Assembly: GCA_050239825.1 (NCBI GenBank)
Contig: JBFXGO010000031.1
Span: forward strand, 1-30,751
From: a bacterium
Lineage (GTDB): Bacteria > Hydrothermota > 32-111
DNA length: 30,751 bases
Direction: 5' to 3'
The notes beneath the pieces are model-generated. The model was not told where the DNA came from and did no database searches. It worked only from the letters and a program-made list of their open reading frames with translations. Below, one piece after another: positions 1-7,708 of the stretch (positions are counted from its first letter, which is position 1; every line of letters begins with the position of its first letter). The translations under genes were made by a program, and so were the position numbers.

Positions 1-114
1 CATCGCCAACACCTTTGTTATCGCCGCTGTTAATGTCGTCTTGCCGTGATCCACATGCCCTATCGTCCCGATGTTCATGTGTACCTTTTTCCTCTCAAAC
101 TTTTCTTTTGCCAT
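1..114 (-). CDS. tuf: Elongation factor Tu, N-terminal 38 codons (runs off the window)
   Basis: Manual translation [38 protein letters not shown] with the G1 motif [17 protein letters not shown] upstream. Follows the tufB-type tRNA cluster. Confidence 0.98.
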   Translation of the reverse strand, partial: MAKEKFERKKVHMNIGTIGHVDHGKTTLTAAITKVLAM

Positions 115-132
115 TTATTCCTCCTTGTTATC

Positions 133-205
133 AGCCCACGGCCGGAATTGAACCGGCGACCTCATCCTTACCAAGGATGTGCTCTACCGACTGAGCTACA
201 TGGGC
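133..205 (-). tRNA. tRNA-Thr(GGT)
   Basis: Reverse complement GCCCATGTAGCTCAGTCGGTAGAGCACATCCTTGGTAAGGATG...GGTTCAATTCCGGCCGTGGGCT. Anticodon arm CATCC-TTGGTAA-GGATG. CCA not encoded. Confidence 0.97.
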
Positions 206-240
206 ATATTGTTTTTATTTTACTTATTAAAAGAGCATAT

Positions 241-283
241 AAAAAAAAATCTTTCCCTAAGGAGATTCCTCTCCTTTAGAGAA
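241..283 (-). terminator. Terminator-like hairpin (GGAA loop) with U-run between tRNA-Gly and tRNA-Thr
   Basis: Minus strand TTCTCTAAAGGAGA-GGAA-TCTCCTTAGGGAA, then AGA and T9. Confidence 0.4.
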
Positions 284-288
284 TCAAA

Positions 289-361
289 AGCGGGAGACGG
301 GGCTCGAACCCGCAACATTCTGCTTGGAAGGCAGAAGCTCTACCAATTGAGCTACTCCCGC
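289..361 (-). tRNA. tRNA-Gly(TCC)
   Basis: GCGGGAGTAGCTCAATTGGTAGAGC...TCTGC-CTTCCAA-GCAGA...GGTTCGAGCCCCGTCTCCCGCT. Confidence 0.97.
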
Positions 362-374
362 GATTTTTTTACAG

Positions 375-457
375 TGGAGAGAGAAGGATTTGAACCTTCG
401 AAGACATCAGCCAACAGATTTACAGTCTGTCCCCTTTGACCGCTCGGGAATCTCTCC
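375..457 (-). tRNA. tRNA-Tyr(GTA)
   Basis: GGAGAGATTCCCGAGCGGTCAAAGGGG-ACAGA-CTGTAAA-TCTGT, long variable arm, GGTTCAAATCC T-arm. Confidence 0.97.
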
Positions 458-463
458 ACGATC

Positions 464-535
464 AGCTGGTGGAGGGAATTGAACCCCCGACCAGTGGTTT
501 ACAAAACCACTGCTCTACCCCTGAGCTACACCAGC
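464..535 (-). tRNA. tRNA-Thr(TGT)
   Basis: GCTGGTGTAGCTCAGGGGTAGAGCA-GTGGT-TTTGTAA-ACCAC...GGTTCAATTCCCTCCACCAGCT. Confidence 0.97.
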
Positions 536-553
536 AAAAAACATAGATTTGGT

Positions 554-582
554 AGTATATATACTTTTTTTTGATTTGTCAA
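554..582 (-). promoter_or_regulatory. Sigma70 promoter of the tRNA-tuf operon
   Basis: TTGACA (582-577), 17-nt spacer, TATACT (559-554), about 18 nt upstream of the first tRNA. Confidence 0.85.
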
Positions 583-637
583 GGGGTAATTAGTATAAAA
601 TTAGTGTGAATTGTTTAATAAAGGACAATATTTTTGC

Positions 638-669
638 TTCATTAAGAAAAGCTCGCTTTTCTTAATGAA
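638..669. repeat. Perfect 15-bp inverted repeat
   Basis: TTCATTAAGAAAAGC-TC-GCTTTTCTTAATGAA. Confidence 0.8.
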
Positions 670-930
670 CATTATACTACTTCTCTCAGCTCATGTTAAG
701 TGGACTCAGTATAATAGTTCACGCTCTTCTCATTCGCCTCTTCCTACATTAATGGTTATTGGCAAAATAAAAGTCAACCGCTAATTTGATAGTTTTTCTT
801 TGAATGAGAGTTGATTTTAAACCTCACTTCTTTAATTGTTTGTGAGGCTTTATCAATCTCATATCTCACATATAATTTTTCTTTGACAATGTCCCATTCT
901 GCCAGAACAAAGTAGTTTATATATGATGAC

Positions 931-1282
931 GGGAGTATAATAAAAGTTGTGTAAAATCAATAGGAGTGGAATATAATAAGATTAACGAGAAGGAGAATAA
1001 AAAAGGTTTGGAGAGAGTCTGCAGACTCTCTCCAAAAAGCGAACAAAAACTTTTACATGGAGGAACCCAATGAACCCTAAAGAGTCCCTACCGAAAGATA
1101 TTATAGCTGACATTAATGAATTAAGCAACAGTTCTTTGCGGTTGTTATTGGAGGAGATATTGAACCGAATAATGAAGAGTGAGCGAGAGATATATCTGTC
1201 AAGTAATGATGATTATGCTAATGGGTATATTGAACGGGGACTTGGAACACCTCGGGGAAAAAAGAGAGAGGGCGGCTTTTAA
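931..1282 (+). mobile_element. Truncated IS256-family element (left end and transposase N-terminus)
   Basis: End-like GGGAGTATAATAAAAGTTGTGTAAA at 931. ORF 1070-1282 (SD GGAGG) has the IS256/Mutator N-terminal pattern LLEEILNRIMKSER..YL...NGY..R.LGTPRG, then breaks off at about 1255. Confidence 0.75.
1007..1036. repeat. Perfect 30-bp palindrome upstream of the transposase stub
   Basis: TTTGGAGAGAGTCTG|CAGACTCTCTCCAAA. Confidence 0.9.
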
Positions 1283-1298
1283 ACTTAAACCGCCCTCT
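1257..1298 (-). terminator. Intrinsic terminator of the LVIVD gene
   Basis: Stem AGAGGGCGG/CCGCCCTCT (1267-1275, 1290-1298) followed by a T-run on the minus strand, about 40 nt after the stop at 1335. Confidence 0.7.
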
Positions 1299-1334
1299 GC
1301 GGGAAAACTGTTTTCTCTTTTACCTTATTGTGTT

Positions 1335-3134
1335 CTACCTTATTATCACCATCTTTCTGTTTATCTGTCTCTCTCCATCTCTGAATCTTATGAAGTATAT
1401 GCCTGATGAAAGGTGTTCTGTTGAGTAGCTGTGCTGACCTATCCTTCTCTCTTTCGCTCTATATACTTCCTTGCCATTTATATCATATACAGAAAATTTG
1501 TTATCCCCTGTTGAATTTGTATACCTTATTTCATTCTGTAGTATATCCATCTTATGATTCTCTTTATCTTGCTTCTCTTCAACAAACTTTTCTGTTACTC
1601 CCATAAAAGGATCAAACTCTAAAATACATAATGCGCTATAATCAGCAACATAGGCATAATCTCCTGAGATATAGACACCCAATGCATAACTCGGTGTATC
1701 ATAGATACCTTTAAGGGTTGGGCTTTTCGGATTTGAGATATCTATTATCTGTAAACCATCATAATAATCAGCAACATAGGCATAATCTCCTGAAACATAG
1801 ACACCATAAGCATAACCCGGTGTATCATAGCTCCCTGCAAGGGTTGGGCTTGAAGGATTTGAGATATCTATTATCTGTAAACCAGAATTACCATCAGTAA
1901 CATAGGCATAACTGCCTGAGACATAGACATCATCAGCATAATCCGGTGTATCATAGCTCCCTGCAAGGGTTGGGCTTGAAGGATTTGAGATATCTATTAT
2001 CTGTAAACCAGAATCAGCATCAGCAACATAGGCATAATCTCCTGAAACATAAACACCCCTTGCATAACCCGGTGTATCATAGCTACCTTTAAGGGTTGGG
2101 CTTGAAGGATTTGAGATATCTATTATCTGTAAACCAGAATCCTCATCAGCAACATAGGCATAACTGCCTGAAACATAGACACCCAATGCATAACCCGGTG
2201 TATCATAGCTACCTTTAAGTGTTGGGCTTGTGGGGTCAGAGATATCTACTATCTGTAAACCAGAACTTTCATCAGCAACATAGGCATAACTGCCTGAAAC
2301 ATAGACACCCTCAGCATAATCCGGTGTATCATAGCTACCTTTAAGAGTTGGGCTTGAAGGATTTGAGATATCTATTATCTGTAAACCAGAACTACCATCA
2401 GCAACATAGGCATAACTGCCTGAGACAAAGACATCCAATGCATAACCAGGTGTATCATAGCTACCTTTAAGGGTTGGGCTTGAAGGATTTGAGATATCTA
2501 TTATCTGTAAACCATCATAATAATCAGCAACATAGGCATAATCTCCTGAAACATAGACACCCCTTGCACGACCCGGTGTATCATAGCTCCCTGCAAGGGT
2601 TGGGCTTGAAGGATTTGAGATATCTATTATCTGTAAACCATCAAAATAATCAGCAACATAGGCATAATCTCCTGAAACATAGACACCCTCAGCACTCCCC
2701 GGTGTATCATAGCTCCCTTTAAGGGTTGGGCTTGAAGGATTTGAGATATCTATTATCTGTAAACCATAATCATAATCAGCAACATACGCATAACTGCCTG
2801 AAACATAGACACCCCATGCATAATCCGGTAAACTGAAATAACTTACCAAAAAAGGATTTGCTTTGTCCTTAACATTTAACACTACTAAATAATTACTCAT
2901 ACAAGAATATGCTAATGTATCTACGATGAAAACATTATATGCACTTCCAAAGAAAGGATAAATTCCTACTCCCCTTACATTCAAACTATCTGTCGCCCAG
3001 TTGGGTTGATTGTAATCTTCAGGTTGTTCAAAGTTAGCAAGAAGCATATCCTCTTCTCTGAATGGTCTCTCATTTGAAGCAAAAACAAACAATGCTGAAA
3101 CAATAATAATGATAATGAAAATAACTTTTTTCAC
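1335..3134 (-). CDS. Secreted LVIVD-repeat beta-propeller protein with T9SS-type C-terminal sorting domain
   Basis: Signal peptide MKKVIFIIIIIVSALFVFA. Ten 42-aa units (VYVSG[SD]YAYVAD...GLQIIDISNPSSPTL[KA]GSYDTP) plus one degenerate unit. C-terminus FSVYDINGKEV...LSSGIYFIRF...KMVIIR. GTG start with SD GGAGG. Confidence 0.88.
   Translation of the reverse strand: MKKVIFIIIIIVSALFVFASNERPFREEDMLLANFEQPEDYNQPNWATDSLNVRGVGIYPFFGSAYNVFIVDTLAYSCMSNYLVVLNVKDKANPFLVSYFSLPDYAWGVYVSGSYAYVADYDYGLQIIDISNPSSPTLKGSYDTPGSAEGVYVSGDYAYVADYFDGLQIIDISNPSSPTLAGSYDTPGRARGVYVSGDYAYVADYYDGLQIIDISNPSSPTLKGSYDTPGYALDVFVSGSYAYVADGSSGLQIIDISNPSSPTLKGSYDTPDYAEGVYVSGSYAYVADESSGLQIVDISDPTSPTLKGSYDTPGYALGVYVSGSYAYVADEDSGLQIIDISNPSSPTLKGSYDTPGYARGVYVSGDYAYVADADSGLQIIDISNPSSPTLAGSYDTPDYADDVYVSGSYAYVTDGNSGLQIIDISNPSSPTLAGSYDTPGYAYGVYVSGDYAYVADYYDGLQIIDISNPKSPTLKGIYDTPSYALGVYISGDYAYVADYSALCILEFDPFMGVTEKFVEEKQDKENHKMDILQNEIRYTNSTGDNKFSVYDINGKEVYRAKERRIGQHSYSTEHLSSGIYFIRFRDGERQINRKMVIIR
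1640..2828 (-). repeat. 126-bp coding tandem repeat, about 9.5 near-identical units
   Basis: GGTGTATCATAG recurs exactly at 1693, 1819, 1945, 2071, 2197, 2323, 2449, 2575 and 2701. Confidence 0.97.
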
Positions 3135-3212
3135 AATTCCTCCTGTATGAATTGTATAAATACTCCTTCTAATTTCTTTTTCAAAACCATCTCCTTTTTA
3201 TTAATCATTTCA

Positions 3213-3241
3213 ATCTTATTGTATTGCGCCCACTTTGTCAA
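3213..3241 (-). promoter_or_regulatory. Sigma70 promoter for the LVIVD gene
   Basis: TTGACA (3241-3236), 17 nt, TAAGAT (3218-3213). Confidence 0.6.
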
Positions 3242-3365
3242 GAAGTTTGCATAATAGTATTGTAATGGTCAGGTGTATATTTAACACCGTACTTTGCGAT
3301 AGCAAAAGGGCGGATTCTTCCAATCCGAAGATATCCTCTTCATAAACATTTATATCCGTTACCTA

Positions 3366-3638
3366 GATAATGGCTCTCTTGTCAAGACACAAGATTTTGA
3401 TAAATTGTGTTTATTGTTAAGCTGTTTGAGCATTCGTAATATCTCCATAAACTTCAGATGGAGTTTTGTATTTTAATGATTGAGACCCTCTTTTATATTT
3501 TTTAATATCAACCTCACTTATTGCCTACAGCGCCGCTCTCGCCTTGAATCCTGATTCGTGTCTCTTGTAGTCCATTTCTGCCTCCTTTTTTAACACATTC
3601 TATCATTAAATCGTGTCCTATTTCAAGAGACCATTATA
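3366..3638 (-). mobile_element. Internally deleted IS3-family element (MITE-like remnant)
   Basis: Imperfect terminal IRs GATAATGGCTCTCTTGTCAAGACAC and TATAATGGTCTCTTGAAATAGGACAC. OrfA start at 3575 with SD GGAGG, MDYKRHESGFKARAAL*AISE. OrfB tail RGSQSLKYKTPSEVY ending at 3417. Confidence 0.8.
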
Positions 3639-3691
3639 AAAGCACTGTTATAATCACAATAAAAACTCGTTTAAACACAGTTTCTCATATT

Positions 3692-4063
3692 TCAATATAT
3701 AAGATATATCAATAGAAATGCAAACATTGCTACACTTAAGGGTGTCAATACTATTACTTGCCACTTCATTTTTGTAGATTCCCATGAGAGTGATTTGTAT
3801 TTTTTGTTGAATCCTTCTTTGAAGCTTAATGAGCTATCTGGGAATAACTCCTTTGCATTCATTTCCTTGACCGTAGTTGTGAGAATACAAGATTTTAACG
3901 GAAATTGATATTTGTCATAAAACATTTTATATGCCGCTATTTCCCCTTTCGACATCTCTATTAAGTTTACTTCGTCAATATTTTCATTTTCATCATTTCC
4001 GAAAACAAGTAAGCTTGACATTATGAGCATTAAGATTAATGTAAATTTAAATATTTGTTTCAT
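3692..4063 (-). CDS. Hypothetical exported/membrane protein (N-terminal signal, C-terminal TM)
   Basis: Likely start MKQIFKFTLILMLIMSSLLVFG at 4063, 1 nt after the upstream stop (track start 4105 overlaps the upstream gene). Hydrophobic C-terminus. Confidence 0.6.
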   Translation of the reverse strand: MKQIFKFTLILMLIMSSLLVFGNDENENIDEVNLIEMSKGEIAAYKMFYDKYQFPLKSCILTTTVKEMNAKELFPDSSLSFKEGFNKKYKSLSWESTKMKWQVIVLTPLSVAMFAFLLIYLIY

Positions 4064-4064
4064 A

Positions 4065-4619
4065 TTACCCATTAGAAAGTGTGAATAACACAATAACCGA
4101 TACAATCACAAAAGATAACGCACTGCCGGCGCATGATACATTTTTCATCATATTTTTATATGACTTTAATTTATTATATTTGATAATATCAAATTCGCTG
4201 TCAGTTGGAATTTCACTTATATCATAACTTGAATACAATTCGGAAATACTCTCGGAATTTGTTCCAGTTATGAAAGCTACTGCAATTAGGTGCAAAATAA
4301 TTGCTAAAGAGATTACTGAATACATACCCATAATCAAAATACAACTGTCTGAAGTAGAATAAAATGCCAGCATAGCAATCACAAATGATATATACGTAAA
4401 TACCGCTGTTACAGGAATTAATCCCAGATTAACTAAAATACCATGTAAAAATGAATAGGAAAATACGTTCATAATGTCATCGGTTTTACTTACACTTTGT
4501 ACATCTTGAGTTTTGTTTTCAATTTCACTCTTTTTTGAATTTTTCTCAGATATTTCACCAGCAAACATATTCAATACAACAATTAGGATAATTATGACGC
4601 AGAGAATCTTTTTTAACAT
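4065..4619 (-). CDS. Hypothetical membrane protein (signal peptide plus about 3 TM segments)
   Basis: MLKKILCVIIILIVVLNMFA followed by several hydrophobic stretches. No family recognised. Confidence 0.6.
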   Translation of the reverse strand: MLKKILCVIIILIVVLNMFAGEISEKNSKKSEIENKTQDVQSVSKTDDIMNVFSYSFLHGILVNLGLIPVTAVFTYISFVIAMLAFYSTSDSCILIMGMYSVISLAIILHLIAVAFITGTNSESISELYSSYDISEIPTDSEFDIIKYNKLKSYKNMMKNVSCAGSALSFVIVSVIVLFTLSNG

Positions 4620-4811
4620 CCTTATCTCAGCTTTTCTATTGATTTATGGCTTGATTCACTTTTTCCCATTCATCCCAACTTTTATTTAAATATTTATTAT
4701 ATTTCAATAATTTAAATCAAAATTAATCTTACTAAATCTATTCTTTTTTGTCAATACTTAATTGGTTGTTGGTATTGTTTTAATCATTTTACAATCAAAT
4801 AATGGTCTTTT

Positions 4812-4918
4812 TTTCTTCAACTATCAACTTTCTTTTACCAGCTCACCAGCGTACCAGTCTACTAGCCTACTCTTTTTCTTTCTTCAACTATCAACTTTCT
4901 TTTACCAGCTTACCAGCG
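4812..4918. repeat. 40-bp direct repeat (period 67) built from 7-8-nt subrepeats
   Basis: TTTCTTCAACTATCAACTTTCTTTTACCAGCT[C/T]ACCAGCG at 4812-4851 and 4879-4918. Subunits CAACT.. and ACCAG[CT]. Confidence 0.85.
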
Positions 4919-4932
4919 CACTAATTCCCTGT

Positions 4933-7245
4933 TTACAATTTTACTACAGTCACTCCGTCTCCTCCGGACATCTCCCTTCCGGAATCAAAGGATTTGATAT
5001 CCTTCTGTTTTTTCAGGTAATTTCTCACCTCACGCTTCAAGACTCCTGTGCCATGACCATGTATTATCACCACCTCATGAAGGTTTGCATTCTGCGCCCT
5101 CATAAGGAACTTTTCAACTGCTTCCAGAGCATCATCCGCATACATTCCCCTGATATCAAGCTCATTTGATTTGATTTCATCGGAATACGAGATTCTCAGT
5201 TCGCTCTTTCCGTCCTTTACAGCATGTCCCACAATGTTTGCCGCCTTTGTGTTGACAATCACCCCATTCACGCTCAAGGAGAGATTCTCTTCGTCTATCT
5301 TCTCAATATACCCTTCAATATTGCTTGACAAAACGACATAGTCGCCCGCCTTATAATCTCCCTGTTTCTTTTCCGGGCTCTTGCTCTTCTCTTTTTTCAA
5401 CATAACCGGAAGGCTCTTCTTCTGCTCTATGAACTCCTTCGTTCTCTTTATCGCATCTTTTGAAGCGGAGCTCTCCCTTATTTCCTTGACTATCAGCTCG
5501 AATTCCCTTCTCATAGAAGCTATCTCCTCGCCTCTCTTCTCCTTGAAAGTCTCATCAAGATTTTCCAGTTTCTCCTTTGCCTGCTCCTTCTCTTTTGCGA
5601 CTATCGTTTCTATCCTGCTTATCGCCTTCTCCCTCATTTCAAGCTTTTTGGTTCTTTCCTCATAATCCGCTATATGCTTTTTATACTTATCAATAAGCTC
5701 GGAATAATTCACATAATCCGCACCGATGAGTGATTTGGCTGAATCTATAAGTTCGTCGGGAAAATCATACTTCTTCAGAATTCCGAATACCCCCGAGTCG
5801 CCTACCGAATCCATGACTGTCTGGAAATACGGCGTATTGTTTGAATAATCATACTTCATTGCTACGCATTTTATATCACTGCGAGAGAGCGCGAATTCTT
5901 TGATTGAATCAAAATGGCTGGTAAAGATGCATTTGACATTCTTGTTTAACAACCTGCTTATAAGAGTTATTGCAAATGCTGAGCCCTCTTTAATAGATGT
6001 TCCTGTGCCTATTTCATCAAGCAAAACCAGAGAACCTTCGGATGCTTCGTCGAAAAACTTCCTGTAATTTATTACATGGGATGCAAATGTGGAAACACCC
6101 TCCTCAATTGATTGGTCATCCCCGATATCCGCAAGCACCTTGTCAAAAAGTATCAGTGTGGTGCCTTCGTCAGCTATCACGGGAAGCCCGAGTTTGGCAG
6201 TCAGAGAGAGCACTCCCAAAGTTTTTAACAAAGCGGTCTTTCCTCCCATGTTGGGTCCGGTAATCATCATTGAACTTTTTTTATCAAGAACAAGGTCAAC
6301 TGGAACCGCCTTGTCAAGTTTCATCTTCTTTATAATCGGATGAAATGCCCTTTTAAGGATTATACTTTCTCCTATCAAAGCGTATTTTGCGTTTTTTGCG
6401 TCCATATAAGCGCAGATTGAATTTATAAAATCTATCTCTTCTATTAGTTTTGTCAGCGAGATTTTTACGGATTCGCTCTCCAAGAGTCTCTGCCTGAATG
6501 ATTCAAGTATTCTCTGAATCTCAATCTGTTCGTCCTGTTCAAGCTCTGTTATCTGATTGTTGAAAATAACCAGCTCTTCAGGTTCAATAAATGCCGTTTT
6601 CTTTGAATTGGAGTATGCATGCAGAACTCCCTTGACCATATTCTTCTGATGCATATCGACTTGCAGGACAATTCTGTTGTCAAGGAGTGTCACCTTGTCC
6701 TCCATCAGCATCTTCTCGTAAGTTTTTATTGTCTGGTTTATTATCTTCTGCTGTCTGTTGAGCAGGGAATCCTTCTCTTTCCTGATTCTCGCGAGCTCCG
6801 GAGATGCTTTTGAAGCAATCTCCCCCTCCTCGTCAATTAGTTCCGACAGTTCTTTTGCAATTTTTTCCATTGATGCGGAGTCAATCTCTTCACCGAGAAT
6901 CTCTTTTATAAAATCTTTGTCGCTTCGGTTCAGTCTGCATATATAAATCAGGGAATCTGAGATGCACCTGATGCTCTTCTTCTCCAGCTCGCCATTTATT
7001 CTAAAAACGGATTCCGCCGCTCTGTCGACTCCTGCTATTTTGAAAGCTGAGAGCTGAAGATTCGGTGAGACTTTAGATACGAATCTTTCGCAAGATTCAC
7101 GCCGTCTATCATACTCTGCCTTGTTTTTAACAAAAGCAAGAGAATGGAATCTTTCCTTGGTAGTTTCAAGATATGCATATTTTGAAAAATCCTCAAGAAT
7201 AAAGTTAAGCTCTAATTTGCTTAACCCTTTTATTTCATTTTCCAT
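4933..7245 (-). CDS. mutS2: MutS2 (ATPase with C-terminal Smr domain)
   Basis: Walker A TGPNMGGKT, DIGDDQSI..STFASH, Walker B LLDEIGTGT, coiled coil, Smr LDIRG...IIHGHGTGVLK...GGDGVTVV. Confidence 0.95.
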   Translation of the reverse strand: MENEIKGLSKLELNFILEDFSKYAYLETTKERFHSLAFVKNKAEYDRRRESCERFVSKVSPNLQLSAFKIAGVDRAAESVFRINGELEKKSIRCISDSLIYICRLNRSDKDFIKEILGEEIDSASMEKIAKELSELIDEEGEIASKASPELARIRKEKDSLLNRQQKIINQTIKTYEKMLMEDKVTLLDNRIVLQVDMHQKNMVKGVLHAYSNSKKTAFIEPEELVIFNNQITELEQDEQIEIQRILESFRQRLLESESVKISLTKLIEEIDFINSICAYMDAKNAKYALIGESIILKRAFHPIIKKMKLDKAVPVDLVLDKKSSMMITGPNMGGKTALLKTLGVLSLTAKLGLPVIADEGTTLILFDKVLADIGDDQSIEEGVSTFASHVINYRKFFDEASEGSLVLLDEIGTGTSIKEGSAFAITLISRLLNKNVKCIFTSHFDSIKEFALSRSDIKCVAMKYDYSNNTPYFQTVMDSVGDSGVFGILKKYDFPDELIDSAKSLIGADYVNYSELIDKYKKHIADYEERTKKLEMREKAISRIETIVAKEKEQAKEKLENLDETFKEKRGEEIASMRREFELIVKEIRESSASKDAIKRTKEFIEQKKSLPVMLKKEKSKSPEKKQGDYKAGDYVVLSSNIEGYIEKIDEENLSLSVNGVIVNTKAANIVGHAVKDGKSELRISYSDEIKSNELDIRGMYADDALEAVEKFLMRAQNANLHEVVIIHGHGTGVLKREVRNYLKKQKDIKSFDSGREMSGGDGVTVVKL

Positions 7246-7708
7246 GCCTAATTATGTCGGAAGTCGCCGCAAAATTGAATACTCTGTATGTATATGTTGA
7301 TTTGATTTTCTTTACGACATCCTCTTTGAACGGCAATTTGGCAGAAAGATAAATAATCCCGCCATATATCAGAAGCACAAGTCCGATTGAGAAGAGCACG
7401 CCGAGAAGTTTGTCGATAATAACTATCGGTGTGTTTGAAGCAACCTTTCCTATTATAATGACTATTAAGAACATTAATAAAAATAAGAGTGCGAAGAGGA
7501 TAATAAATGAGATGACTCTCAGAAGAGAGTCATCCATTTGTATATATTTAGCGAGAAAAAGAGTCAAGTTTAAGTAAAACCTGTTTGCAAGTATGAAGGC
7601 AATTACCAGTGAGGATATCGCTCCAACCTGCCGAATCAAACCTTTAACCAAACCAAAAATGATGCTTATTAACCCGATTGCTCCAGCTATCAGATCAATT
7701 ATTATCAT
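7235..7708 (-). CDS. cvpA: CvpA (colicin V production) family membrane protein
   Basis: IDLI...SIIFGLVKGLIRQ...DKLLGVLFS pattern with four TM segments, directly upstream of mutS2. Start revised to ATG 7708. Confidence 0.85.
   Translation of the reverse strand: MIIIDLIAGAIGLISIIFGLVKGLIRQVGAISSLVIAFILANRFYLNLTLFLAKYIQMDDSLLRVISFIILFALLFLLMFLIVIIIGKVASNTPIVIIDKLLGVLFSIGLVLLIYGGIIYLSAKLPFKEDVVKKIKSTYTYRVFNFAATSDIIRHGK

Noticed and set aside
46..439. ORFs 46-279 and 179-439
   Set aside because: Antisense shadows of tuf and the tRNA genes.
1179..2722. Plus-strand ORFs including the His/Gln-rich repeats (1718-1900, 2474-2722)
   Set aside because: Antisense products of the LVIVD repeat, with no RBS.
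1640..2828. CRISPR array or DGR variable region
   Set aside because: Units are 126-bp in-frame coding repeats without unique spacers, and there are no cas genes. Many variable codons are NNT, but there is no reverse transcriptase or template repeat in the window, several variants end in G or A, and T-ending codons are the norm in this gene.
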